Assembly (NCBI GenBank): GCA_034422455.1
Contig: DAOUJQ010000004.1
Span: 45,737-109,736 of the forward strand
Reading direction: 5' to 3'
Source of the DNA: Dehalococcoidia bacterium
GTDB lineage: Bacteria > Chloroflexota > Dehalococcoidia > Lucifugimonadales > UBA1127
DNA: 64,000 bases
The number at the start of each line of letters is the position of its first letter. Position 1 is the first letter of the stretch. The notes beneath the pieces are model-generated. The model was not told the DNA's origin. It searched no databases and worked only from the letters and a program-made list of their open reading frames with translations. Shown here one piece after another: positions 9,055-17,641 of this stretch. The position numbers and the translations under genes were made by a program.

Positions 9055-9190
9055 GCCTCATCCTCGCCCATGGCTCTGAGTGACGGTCTCCTTGCCCCGA
9101 CTTCCACCGTAAGCTACACTTCATTGAAAATGCGTCGCTATGGTCGGCAATGTTAGAGGGTAGCATGGTGGTTGATGGGGAGCAAGGCGA

Positions 9191-11218
9191 ATGACCCTGA
9201 CCACAGATAGCGTAACAACCCAACCACTGGGATTGCCGGAAGAGCTCATCCTCATGCTCCTCAATGAGGAGAACGGCTACTTCCACCAGGTGCCGGGCTG
9301 GAACTTGAATTGCGCCATTATTGGCGCCGTCCTGGCGGAACTCTCTCTCCAGTCTCGCATTGACACGGACGTCAATTCCCTCTTCCTTCTGGACGCAAAA
9401 GAGACGGGCGATCCCGTCCTCGACTCCGTCCTGAAGGAGATTGCGTCGGATCCGGTCCAGCGAAACGCCCAGTACTGGATAGAACGGCTTGCGCACCTTG
9501 CGGATGAGGCCGTAGACCAGACCTTGGACCGTTTGGTCCATATGGGGATCCTGGAGTACCACGAGGGCGAATTCTGGACGCTCTCCCGCACGGTTTGGCA
9601 GACGGAGCTCTACACCGGCAGTCAGGAAGGAACGGCGGTAGAGTTCGTCAAGACTCGCATCGGCAAGGTGATCCTGGCGGGCGAGATTCCCGATCCCAGA
9701 GATGCGATCATCATTGCCCTGATCAACACGTGTGATGTCTTCCGCTTCATCTTCCCGCTGGACGAGGAGGCGGAAGCGCGCATCGATCTCATCAGCAAGC
9801 TGGACGTGATCGGCCGGTCCATTGCTGAGGCGGTCTCCCACAACCTGGCCGGCCCGTTGCTTCGACGAGCCGCGTTCTCCAAGGCCATTCCAACCGTCTC
9901 GCTGCGCAAGCTGCTGTTCAGCCCTCACATCCGCACCGGCAACATTCCCGCGCTCTTTGCCGGCTTTGCGGAAGAATACGGCCCGGTGTTTCAAATCCGC
10001 CCCCCGTTTCGGAAGCCCATGTACTTCCTGGCTGGGGTTGAGGTAAACCGGTGGGTGCACCGGCATGGCCGCATGTACCTGCGGGCAAGGGAATACTTCA
10101 GCGACATGGAAAAGGCCTACGGCGCGGCCGGGCTGATACCCTCCTTGGATGGCGCCGACCATTTTCGGCTGCGGAAGGCGATGCACCCGGGGTATGCCCG
10201 CGGGAGGCTGGAAGAGAACCTGGACCGGCTCTACCAACACGCGCGACAGCACATGACCGGGTGGACGGTGGGCGCTTCCTATACGGCAGTTACCATGTGT
10301 CGGCGGCTTGCCAATGCGCAGGTCTCGCAGCTCACCCTGAGCATCGACTCGCAGGACATCAGCGACGATCTGATAGAATTCAAGGAACGGGCCTTGGTCT
10401 CCCTGGTGGCGAAGATCATGCCGAAGTTCATGATGAACACCCCGGGCATGAAACGTCGGAGCAAGACCGTCGCTGAGGTGCTGCGCCGGGTCCAGAGCAC
10501 TCACACGTCCGCCCAGCGGGCCTACGCTCCCCGGGACTTTGCGGACGAGATGCTGAGCCTGCATGCGAGCGACCCGCAGTTCCTCCCCGAGTCCAACCTG
10601 AGCTTCATGCTTTCAGCGCCGCTGCTTGCCAGCATGTACGTCGGCGACATGCTGGGCTTCGCGCTCTACATGATGGCGTCCCAACCGGATCTCTACAGCA
10701 GGATTCGCGGTGAAGCCGATGCCCTGTTCGACAACGGCGACCCGGACAGCGAGGACTTCAGCCTCTCCGCCATCGACGTCACCCACCGCTTTCTCATGGA
10801 ATGCCTGCGCATGTATCCCACCATCACAATGTCCATTCGAAACGTCATGAACACCTTTGTGATCCAGGGCTACGAGATGCCCATCGGAGCGCGGGTCCAC
10901 ATCGCCACCACGGCCCCGCATTACATGAAGGACGTCTTTCCTGACCCCCACAGGTTTGACATTGACCGCTATCTGCCTCCGCGCAATGAGCACATCAGCC
11001 CCGGGTATTCCCCGTTTGGGCTGGGTACGCATACGTGTCTCGGCTCCCGGTGGGTGGAATTGCAGCTTGCCATCAACGTGTTGATGATCGCGCACTACTT
11101 CACCATTGAGGTGTCCCCTGCGAATTACAAGCTCCGGCTCAGTCCCTTTCCGTCCATGTCCGTCAGCAAGAAGCTGAAGTTCCGCATCGCAGAGCGGAGG
11201 CGTGAGCTAAACGTCTAA
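9191..11218 (+). CDS. Fusion protein: N-terminal GPP34/GOLPH3-like domain plus C-terminal cytochrome P450
   Basis: 675-aa ORF. The N-terminal ~215 aa (LPEELILMLLNEENGYF...IIGAVLAELSLQSRI) match the GPP34-family pattern. The C-terminal ~445 aa carry ExxR (ECLRMYP) and the heme-thiolate loop FGLGTHTCLGSRW. Confidence 0.85.
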   Translation: MTLTTDSVTTQPLGLPEELILMLLNEENGYFHQVPGWNLNCAIIGAVLAELSLQSRIDTDVNSLFLLDAKETGDPVLDSVLKEIASDPVQRNAQYWIERLAHLADEAVDQTLDRLVHMGILEYHEGEFWTLSRTVWQTELYTGSQEGTAVEFVKTRIGKVILAGEIPDPRDAIIIALINTCDVFRFIFPLDEEAEARIDLISKLDVIGRSIAEAVSHNLAGPLLRRAAFSKAIPTVSLRKLLFSPHIRTGNIPALFAGFAEEYGPVFQIRPPFRKPMYFLAGVEVNRWVHRHGRMYLRAREYFSDMEKAYGAAGLIPSLDGADHFRLRKAMHPGYARGRLEENLDRLYQHARQHMTGWTVGASYTAVTMCRRLANAQVSQLTLSIDSQDISDDLIEFKERALVSLVAKIMPKFMMNTPGMKRRSKTVAEVLRRVQSTHTSAQRAYAPRDFADEMLSLHASDPQFLPESNLSFMLSAPLLASMYVGDMLGFALYMMASQPDLYSRIRGEADALFDNGDPDSEDFSLSAIDVTHRFLMECLRMYPTITMSIRNVMNTFVIQGYEMPIGARVHIATTAPHYMKDVFPDPHRFDIDRYLPPRNEHISPGYSPFGLGTHTCLGSRWVELQLAINVLMIAHYFTIEVSPANYKLRLSPFPSMSVSKKLKFRIAERRRELNV

Positions 11219-11257
11219 TGCGCATGGGATAGTCCGAGCGGCAGAGACGGAGAGGGC

Positions 11258-12298
11258 CTACAAGGGCTTGCGCGCCAGAAAACAATACAACGGCGTGAAG
11301 ATCCCTGCCCTGCCTCCTGCGACATAGGCGTGGGCGGTACGGTCCAGCAGCCCGGCGACGTCCGTGGATCCCTTAGGGAACATCCCCAGCGCCTCAACCA
11401 GCCTGGATAGCCCAATGATCGCTTTGCGGCCTAGCGGAATCCTGCGCAGCCCCGTTGCCGAGCCCCTTGTCCCCCCGGTCTCCATGGGGCGATACCACGG
11501 CTTGGTCGAACCGTTCTCCCTTAAGGCCCGGTCCAGCCCCTCGATAACCTCAAACCCCGTTGCTTCAAGCGTCCGGTCCACCTCGCCGGTTGTCGCAATA
11601 TCATGCAGCGCGATGCCCTGCATGAGGTCCCGCTTGATGGCGCGGTGTCGACTGTCATCAGCATCGAATTTGTCCGTCATGCACATTTCCTGGCCCCAGA
11701 AGAGGGCTCCGGGTTTCAGCACGCGGTAGATCTCCGCGAACGCACCAGCCTTGTCCGGCGCATGGCACGTCGATTCGATCGCGTACCCCCGGTCGAAGGT
11801 GTTGTCCGCGATGGCGCCCATGTCCATGAAGCTGCACGCATGGTAGTCGACCATGTGATCGATCCCCGCCTCAACGTTCAGCTGTTTCGCCTTCTCCAAC
11901 TGGACTTCACTGCTATTGACCCCGGCGACCCTGACACCGGCCTCCCGGACCACGCGGCGCATTGGGCCGCCGATCCCGCAACCGACATCGATCACCGACA
12001 TGCCCTCACGCAGCTCCAACTTGGAGATCATCAGCCGCTGGTGCCGGATCTTGGAGTCTTCCAGGCTCTCCTGGGGCGATAGCGGCGCGAAGTGAAGGGA
12101 TTCGCCCCAACCGAACACCATGAACTCGCTGCAAAGGTCGTAATATTCCTTGACGGTTTCGGCGTGGTCATACCCCGTGGCGCCGGAATCCTGCGGGGAC
12201 GCCCTGTCGAGCCAGCCGGAGAAGCGTTGCACGCGATGGCGGACATCCGAGCCGCGGTAAGCGGTCTTCAACCCGGCGGACAGCTTGCGGAGTTGCAT
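11258..12298 (-). CDS. Sterol 24-C-methyltransferase (ERG6/SMT) family SAM-dependent methyltransferase
   Basis: 346-aa ORF that is colinear by eye with yeast Erg6. Matching blocks (this protein vs Erg6): YYDLCSEFMVFGWGESLHFAP vs YYNLVTDFYEYGWGSSFHF; VIDVGCGIGGP SAM motif; YAIESTCHAPD vs YAIEATCHAP; EIYRVLKPG; C-terminal AGGRAGIFTPLYCFLARKP vs AGGKSKLFTPMMLFVARKP. Confidence 0.85.
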   Translation of the reverse strand: MQLRKLSAGLKTAYRGSDVRHRVQRFSGWLDRASPQDSGATGYDHAETVKEYYDLCSEFMVFGWGESLHFAPLSPQESLEDSKIRHQRLMISKLELREGMSVIDVGCGIGGPMRRVVREAGVRVAGVNSSEVQLEKAKQLNVEAGIDHMVDYHACSFMDMGAIADNTFDRGYAIESTCHAPDKAGAFAEIYRVLKPGALFWGQEMCMTDKFDADDSRHRAIKRDLMQGIALHDIATTGEVDRTLEATGFEVIEGLDRALRENGSTKPWYRPMETGGTRGSATGLRRIPLGRKAIIGLSRLVEALGMFPKGSTDVAGLLDRTAHAYVAGGRAGIFTPLYCFLARKPL

Positions 12299-12315
12299 GA
12301 GCCCCCTTCCCGGGA

Positions 12316-14787
12316 CTAGCCCGGTTCCCCCTCGTGGCGCCGGTGCACGGCGTCGATGGCCGTGTCCAGCTCGTCGGCCCAGCGCAGCAGGTTGGAGCGC
12401 AGCCGCATGTTCTGGTAGGCGCCCCAGACCGTCATGGCCGGCGGCACCACCAGGACGGAGACGATCAGCGCGTAGGCGATGGTGATGGCCGCCGTTATGC
12501 CGAACTGCGCGGACGCCGCCAGCGGCGAGAACACCAGCACGCCGAGTCCGAGGGCCGTTGTCATTGCGGACCCCAGGAGCGCCGAGCCGGTAATCCTGAG
12601 GGTCCGGACCGCGGCCCTTTCCGGGTCGCGCACCTGCGCGTACTCTTCCCTGTAGCGATGGATGATGTGGATGGTGTAGTCCACCCCGATTCCTATCGAC
12701 AGCGCCGTGATGATCGACGTGATCATGGTGTAGGGGATGTCCAGCAGCGCCATGGTGCCCAGGACGCAGATGAGGACCAGGACGATGGGCCCCACCGCGA
12801 TGATCGCCAGCGCGGGCTGACGCACGGTCACCCAGAAGAAGAGGGCGAGGACGGTCAGGGCGGCGGCGACCGTCGTGGTGAAGGCCTCGGTCTGGTTCTC
12901 GGTGATGGCGTCGGTCACGTTGACGGAGATGACGGTGTTGGATGTCACCGTAATGGCGTCGTCGTCACCCTGCCAGAGGGCCTCGACCTCCCCTTGGAGC
13001 GCCTTGGTCTTGGCGGGGGAAGTTACGAACACGGGGAACTGGAACAGCATTGTGTCGATGCCGTTGGGGTCGTTGATGAGGAGGTGCCCGAAGGCCGGGT
13101 CCCGGTCATTGAGCTTGTCGAGGAAATCCTGCATCAGCGACGGGTCCAGCTGGACCCCGGCGTGGGCCTCCCGAAAGAGCGCGGCAAGCTCCGCGTCGTA
13201 CTTGTCGCCGGGCGCCCCGCTGTCGTTGGTCCAGTCATCGATGAGCAGCTGGTACGACGTTACTATGGGCCCGGCGGCCGCGGCCGGGCGCAAGCGCTCG
13301 ACCTCGAAGGCCGCGGTCAGGTCCTGCAGGTTCAGGAGGGTGCGGGTTTCCGTCGCCTCCGCCTTCAGGAGCACGCTGGCCAACTCCGTTGAGCCGCCGA
13401 CGGCCGCATCCAGCGAGGCCATGTCCTGGAATACGGTCCCGTTCCTGGGCAGAATGTCGCGGATATGGAACTCGGACTCAAGCCCTCTCGCTGAGAACCC
13501 AAGGGCAACGGTCACCGCCAGGACAACGATGATGTAGGGCGCGGGCCGGCGGGTGACGCTCCTGCCCAACATCTCCGCCAACCGATCGACGCCGGGCAGC
13601 GCGGTGGAGATTGGGCGGGAAGGCCGGAGCGTCCCGCGACGTTCCCGGCGGCGGTCGATGATCGTCCGGGCGGCCGGCACAAGCGTCAGCATGACGATCA
13701 GGCTCATGGTCACGCCAAGGCCGCCGATGATGCCGAAGTCCTTAGCGATGTCGATAGGCGAGAAGCGGTTCGCTAGGAGGCTGACCGTCGTGGTGACGGC
13801 GGCCAGCAGGAGGGGGACGGCGACGATCCTCAGTCCCGCCCGAACGGCCGTCAGCACCTGCGCCCCCGTGTTCCGCTGCTCCCGGTAGTGCGAGACGATC
13901 TGGATGGCGTAGTCCACGGTGAGGCCAATGATGATGATCGGCACCAGCGTCGTAAGCTGGTTCGGCGGGCCGACGAGGCCCAGGGCGTTCGGGCCGAGCC
14001 ATCCCTCCGCTCCGACAATCCAGATGATCGCCATGAGCAGTCCGGCGAGGGTGAGTAGCAAGTCGCTGATGGTGCGCATGAACAGCAGGATCAGGGCGGT
14101 AATCAGCAGGAACGCCAGTCCGATCAAGGGCGCCATGCCCTCCTCGGTGGCCTTCAGGTACTCGTCTTCAACGATGATGAAGGAGATGGTGCTTGCCTGC
14201 AGGGGACCCTCGCTGGCAAGGGCAAGCTCGTGGATCTTCCGCTCGACATCGTTGATCCGCTCGTCGCCGGTCTCGCGCAGCCGGATGGTGCCGACGGCGA
14301 CCGGCGTGCCGTCGGCATCGTCGCCGGTCAGGGCGTCGAGGGCCAGCTGGAGCTCCGGCGGAACGGAGGCCGAATCGATGGCCGCCTGCGTGACCGAACC
14401 GAAATCTTCCACTTGCAGCAGGGCCTTGTACAGGAACGAGGGCGCGATGAGCGGATCGTTAGCGGTGAGGAGCTCGCCCACGCCCGGTTCCGCGAGGACG
14501 CGGTTGAACAGAGTGTCCATCTGCGAGAGGCCGGCCGGAGTTATCCCCTCTCCGCGGAAGAGGACTGTCGTTACGCGGGCCTCGCCCGAGTCCGAGAAGA
14601 GCCTGTCAATCTCCTTGAGGGCCTGGGCGACGGCGTTGCCTTGGGGGAGGATTTCCGCCGTCTCCCGCGGCTGCGCTCTGTGCACGGCGCCATAGCCCAA
14701 TGCCACGGTGATGATGAGCAACACAAGCAGCGTCACCCACGGACGGGCCGTCACCAGCCTGCTCAACACATCGAGTAGTCGGCTCAT
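12316..14787 (-). CDS. MMPL/RND-superfamily membrane transporter (HpnN-like lipid exporter type)
   Basis: 823-aa ORF with two hydrophobic 6-TM blocks, each preceded by a soluble loop domain, which is the usual MMPL/RND layout. It ends 17 nt upstream of the SMT start, so the two are likely co-transcribed. Confidence 0.85.
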   Translation of the reverse strand: MSRLLDVLSRLVTARPWVTLLVLLIITVALGYGAVHRAQPRETAEILPQGNAVAQALKEIDRLFSDSGEARVTTVLFRGEGITPAGLSQMDTLFNRVLAEPGVGELLTANDPLIAPSFLYKALLQVEDFGSVTQAAIDSASVPPELQLALDALTGDDADGTPVAVGTIRLRETGDERINDVERKIHELALASEGPLQASTISFIIVEDEYLKATEEGMAPLIGLAFLLITALILLFMRTISDLLLTLAGLLMAIIWIVGAEGWLGPNALGLVGPPNQLTTLVPIIIIGLTVDYAIQIVSHYREQRNTGAQVLTAVRAGLRIVAVPLLLAAVTTTVSLLANRFSPIDIAKDFGIIGGLGVTMSLIVMLTLVPAARTIIDRRRERRGTLRPSRPISTALPGVDRLAEMLGRSVTRRPAPYIIVVLAVTVALGFSARGLESEFHIRDILPRNGTVFQDMASLDAAVGGSTELASVLLKAEATETRTLLNLQDLTAAFEVERLRPAAAAGPIVTSYQLLIDDWTNDSGAPGDKYDAELAALFREAHAGVQLDPSLMQDFLDKLNDRDPAFGHLLINDPNGIDTMLFQFPVFVTSPAKTKALQGEVEALWQGDDDAITVTSNTVISVNVTDAITENQTEAFTTTVAAALTVLALFFWVTVRQPALAIIAVGPIVLVLICVLGTMALLDIPYTMITSIITALSIGIGVDYTIHIIHRYREEYAQVRDPERAAVRTLRITGSALLGSAMTTALGLGVLVFSPLAASAQFGITAAITIAYALIVSVLVVPPAMTVWGAYQNMRLRSNLLRWADELDTAIDAVHRRHEGEPG

Positions 14788-15000
14788 TCGTCGTCATTCC
14801 TTCTGAGGAGTCCGGAGAAACCGCATCCTTCGCGGCTGAATCTGCCGGCATCAGACCGCCACACCTGCAACCGCACCCGTAACGGCGCTACGGTAGCATG
14901 GGGAGCAAAGGCGGACAAGACTCGGGAAAGCGCCAGCCGGCAATGGACACGCCGGCCCCCTGGCGCCCTTCACCGGGCGCCCTGCTCTTTCATGAGCGGA

Positions 15001-16038
15001 CTATGCTTCCACCCAGCACGCCGCCGCGTGACCGGGCGAGCGCTCCTCCAGCACGGGCGTCTCCGCGCGGCAGCGGTCGATGGCGTAGGCGCAGCGAGGG
15101 TGGAAGGCGCAACCCGCCGGCAATGCCGACAGGTCCGGCGGCGTGCCCTCGATGGTGGACAGCTTTACCCCCCTGTCCTGCTTGAGTTGCGGCACCGACT
15201 GCAGCAGTCCCTTGGTGTAGGGATGCTGCGGGTTCTGGAACAGGTCCACCGCCGTGCCGCTCTCCACGATCTTGCCCGCGTACATCACGTTGATCCGGCT
15301 CGCGTACCTCGCGATGACGCCCAGGTTGTGCGTGATGATGAGCACCGCCGTTCCCATCTCCGCCGAGAGCCGTTGCAGCATCTCCAGGATCTGCGCCTGG
15401 ATGGTCACGTCCAGCGCCGTCGTGGGCTCGTCCGCGATGAGCAGCCTGGGGTTGCAGCTCAGCGCCATGGCGATCATCACCCGCTGGCGCATCCCGCCGC
15501 TGAACTGGTGCGGGTAGCTCTTGAGCCGCTCCCTGGCGTCCGGTATGCCGACCGTGTGCAGCAGCTCGGCGGCGCGGGACGTGGCCTCGCGCTTGCCCAG
15601 TTGCAGGTGCACCTCCAGCGCCTCCGTGAGCTGCCGTTCGATGGTCAGCACCGGGTTCAGCGATGACATCGGCTCCTGGAACACCATCGCAATGCGGTTG
15701 CCCCGGACCTGCCGCATCTCGTCGACGCTCAGCGACAACAGGTCCTGCCCCTCGAACTCGACCGAGCCGCCGACGATGCGCCCCGGCGGGTCTTGCACCA
15801 GCCGCAGCAGCGAGAGGGCGCTGACGCTCTTACCGCACCCGCTCTCGCCCACCAGTCCGACGGTCTCGCCCTCCTGGATGTCGTAGCTGATCCCGTCGAC
15901 GGCCTTCACCACGCCCTCCCGGGTGGTGAAGTGCGTCCGCAGGTCCTTCACGGCGAGCAATGTGGCCAAGAGACTACCTCCGGTTTCGGTGGCGCTGCTG
16001 TCAGCATACGCATGGCCCACGACGCGCGCCAATCTCAT
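15001..16038 (-). CDS. ABC transporter ATP-binding protein, oligopeptide/dipeptide (OppD/DppD) type
   Basis: Walker A GESGCGKS, signature FSGGMRQR, Walker [13 protein letters not shown], and a C-terminal oligo_HPY-type tail with [10 protein letters not shown] at 16038. An alternative TTG start at 15969 is preceded by GGAGG. The 842-aa track ORF is an artefactual 5' extension. Confidence 0.85.
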   Translation of the reverse strand: MRLARVVGHAYADSSATETGGSLLATLLAVKDLRTHFTTREGVVKAVDGISYDIQEGETVGLVGESGCGKSVSALSLLRLVQDPPGRIVGGSVEFEGQDLLSLSVDEMRQVRGNRIAMVFQEPMSSLNPVLTIERQLTEALEVHLQLGKREATSRAAELLHTVGIPDARERLKSYPHQFSGGMRQRVMIAMALSCNPRLLIADEPTTALDVTIQAQILEMLQRLSAEMGTAVLIITHNLGVIARYASRINVMYAGKIVESGTAVDLFQNPQHPYTKGLLQSVPQLKQDRGVKLSTIEGTPPDLSALPAGCAFHPRCAYAIDRCRAETPVLEERSPGHAAACWVEA

Positions 16039-16140
16039 GCATTGACTTTGGTGACATCGCGCGCGCCTTGCGGTATCATACCGCAACCGTGCGAGGAGCC
16101 ACGGGGCGTCTCGCTTTGTTGGTACAAGGAGAGTGTTGCC

Positions 16141-17430
16141 ATGTTGAGCGACGTCGACAACGAATTCATGTGTCGAATTGGGTCCGGCACGCCCATGGGC
16201 GAGTACCTGCGCCGGTTCTGGCTGCCCTTCCTCCTGCCGGAGGAGCTGCCGGAGCCCGACTGCCCGCCCGTCCGCACTACGCTTCTGGGCGAGGAGTTGG
16301 TGGCGTTCAAGGACACCAACGGCGAGGTCGGTCTGGTGGACAACTACTGCCCCCACCGGCGCGCCAGCCTCTTCTTCGGTCGGAACGAGGAGTGCGGCAT
16401 TCGCTGCGTCTACCACGGCTGGAAGTTCGACGTGAACGGCGACTGCGTCGACATGCCCTCGGAGCCCGCCGAGTCCAACTTCAAGGACAAGGTCAAGATC
16501 AAGGCCTACCCCGCCCGTGAGTACGGCGGCCTCATCTGGGCCTACATGGGCCCTGCGGAGCACATGCCGGCGCTGCCCAACATCGACTGGGCCACGCTGC
16601 CCGACAGCCACCGCGTCATCTCCAAGCGCATCCAGGAGAGCAACTGGGTCCAGTCCGTCGAGGGCGGCATCGACTCCAGCCACATCTCCTTCCTCCACAG
16701 CGGCGTCACGCCCTTCCTGCGCGACAACCCGGACAAGCGCCCGCCTGCACGCGTCGGAAGCCAGGCGGTGAACTTCACCACCACTGACACCTCGCCGAAG
16801 TTCGTCGTCGACGAAACGGACTACGGCCTTCTGATCTCCGCCCGCCGTGATGCCGACCAGGACCGCTACTACTTCCGCATCACCCAGATGCTCCTGCCCT
16901 TCTACACCATGATCCCCGGCTCCATCGATCCCGGGAAGCAGATCGGCGGCCACGCCTGGGTGCCCATCGATGACTACCACTGCTGGAACTTCAGCATCTC
17001 CTGGAACCCCTACCGACCCTTCACCCAGGAGGAGGTCAACGAGCACTGGAGCGGCACGGGCATCCACGCGCTCACGGACCACAAGTACGTCCCCCTCAGC
17101 AACAGCAGGAACGACTATATGATCGACCGGCAGGAGCAGAAGTACCGCACCTTCACCGGCATCCGCGGCATCGGCGAGCAGGACATGGGGACGCAGGAGT
17201 CCATGGGCGCCCTCACCTGGCGCGCCGGCGAGCACCTCGGCTCCAGCGACACCGCCATCATCGCCTACCGCCGCCGGCTGCTGAAGGAGGCCCGCAACCT
17301 GCAGGAGGGCATCGAGTCCTACGCGGCAACCCACCCCGACTGCTACAAGGTGCGCTCGGCGTCGGTCCTCATCAAGCGTAGCGAGGACTACCGCGTGGCG
17401 GCCGCAGACCGACTGGCAGCCCGCATCTAG
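16141..17430 (+). CDS. Rieske non-heme iron oxygenase alpha subunit (paralog, N-terminal domain nearly identical to 280..1530)
   Basis: Start ATG 16141 (MLSDVDNEFMCRIGSGTPMGEYLRRFW...) with AGGAGA SD. CPHRRASL...CVYHGWKF and EGGIDSSHISFLH motifs. Confidence 0.9.
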   Translation: MLSDVDNEFMCRIGSGTPMGEYLRRFWLPFLLPEELPEPDCPPVRTTLLGEELVAFKDTNGEVGLVDNYCPHRRASLFFGRNEECGIRCVYHGWKFDVNGDCVDMPSEPAESNFKDKVKIKAYPAREYGGLIWAYMGPAEHMPALPNIDWATLPDSHRVISKRIQESNWVQSVEGGIDSSHISFLHSGVTPFLRDNPDKRPPARVGSQAVNFTTTDTSPKFVVDETDYGLLISARRDADQDRYYFRITQMLLPFYTMIPGSIDPGKQIGGHAWVPIDDYHCWNFSISWNPYRPFTQEEVNEHWSGTGIHALTDHKYVPLSNSRNDYMIDRQEQKYRTFTGIRGIGEQDMGTQESMGALTWRAGEHLGSSDTAIIAYRRRLLKEARNLQEGIESYAATHPDCYKVRSASVLIKRSEDYRVAAADRLAARI

Positions 17431-17444
17431 CGTACTGGATGACT

Positions 17445-17596
17445 CCTTCCCCCTTGATGGGGGAAGGTTGGGATGGGGGTGTTCCCGTTCGCCCTGGCGC
17501 CGTCCTGAGGGGGCTTGTCGAAGGGTCAAATGAACGGGCTGGCGCGCATCTAGCCCGCTCCGTCATTCCCGCGAAAGCGGGAATCCAGAGAGGCGG
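17445..17596. repeat. Cluster of GC-rich palindromic intergenic repeats (RepA, RepB-like, RepC)
   Basis: RepA at 17445-17479: CCTTCCCCC-TTGAT-GGGGGAAGG followed by TTGGGATGGGGG. A degenerate RepB at 17484-17525. RepC at 17560-17596: hairpin TTCCCGC-GAAA-GCGGGAA followed by TCCAGAGAGG. The same motifs recur elsewhere in the window. Confidence 0.8.
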
Positions 17597-17641
17597 CCGA
17601 ACAGGCCGGTACGCATCTAAACCGGAGAACGGAGGGACGTC

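Noticed and set aside
15001-17529. 842-aa minus-strand ORF suggesting a giant ABC fusion protein
   Set aside because: Only the C-terminal ~345 aa look like a protein (an OppD-type ATPase). The N-terminal extension is antisense to the well-supported Rieske gene at 16141..17430 and is low complexity.
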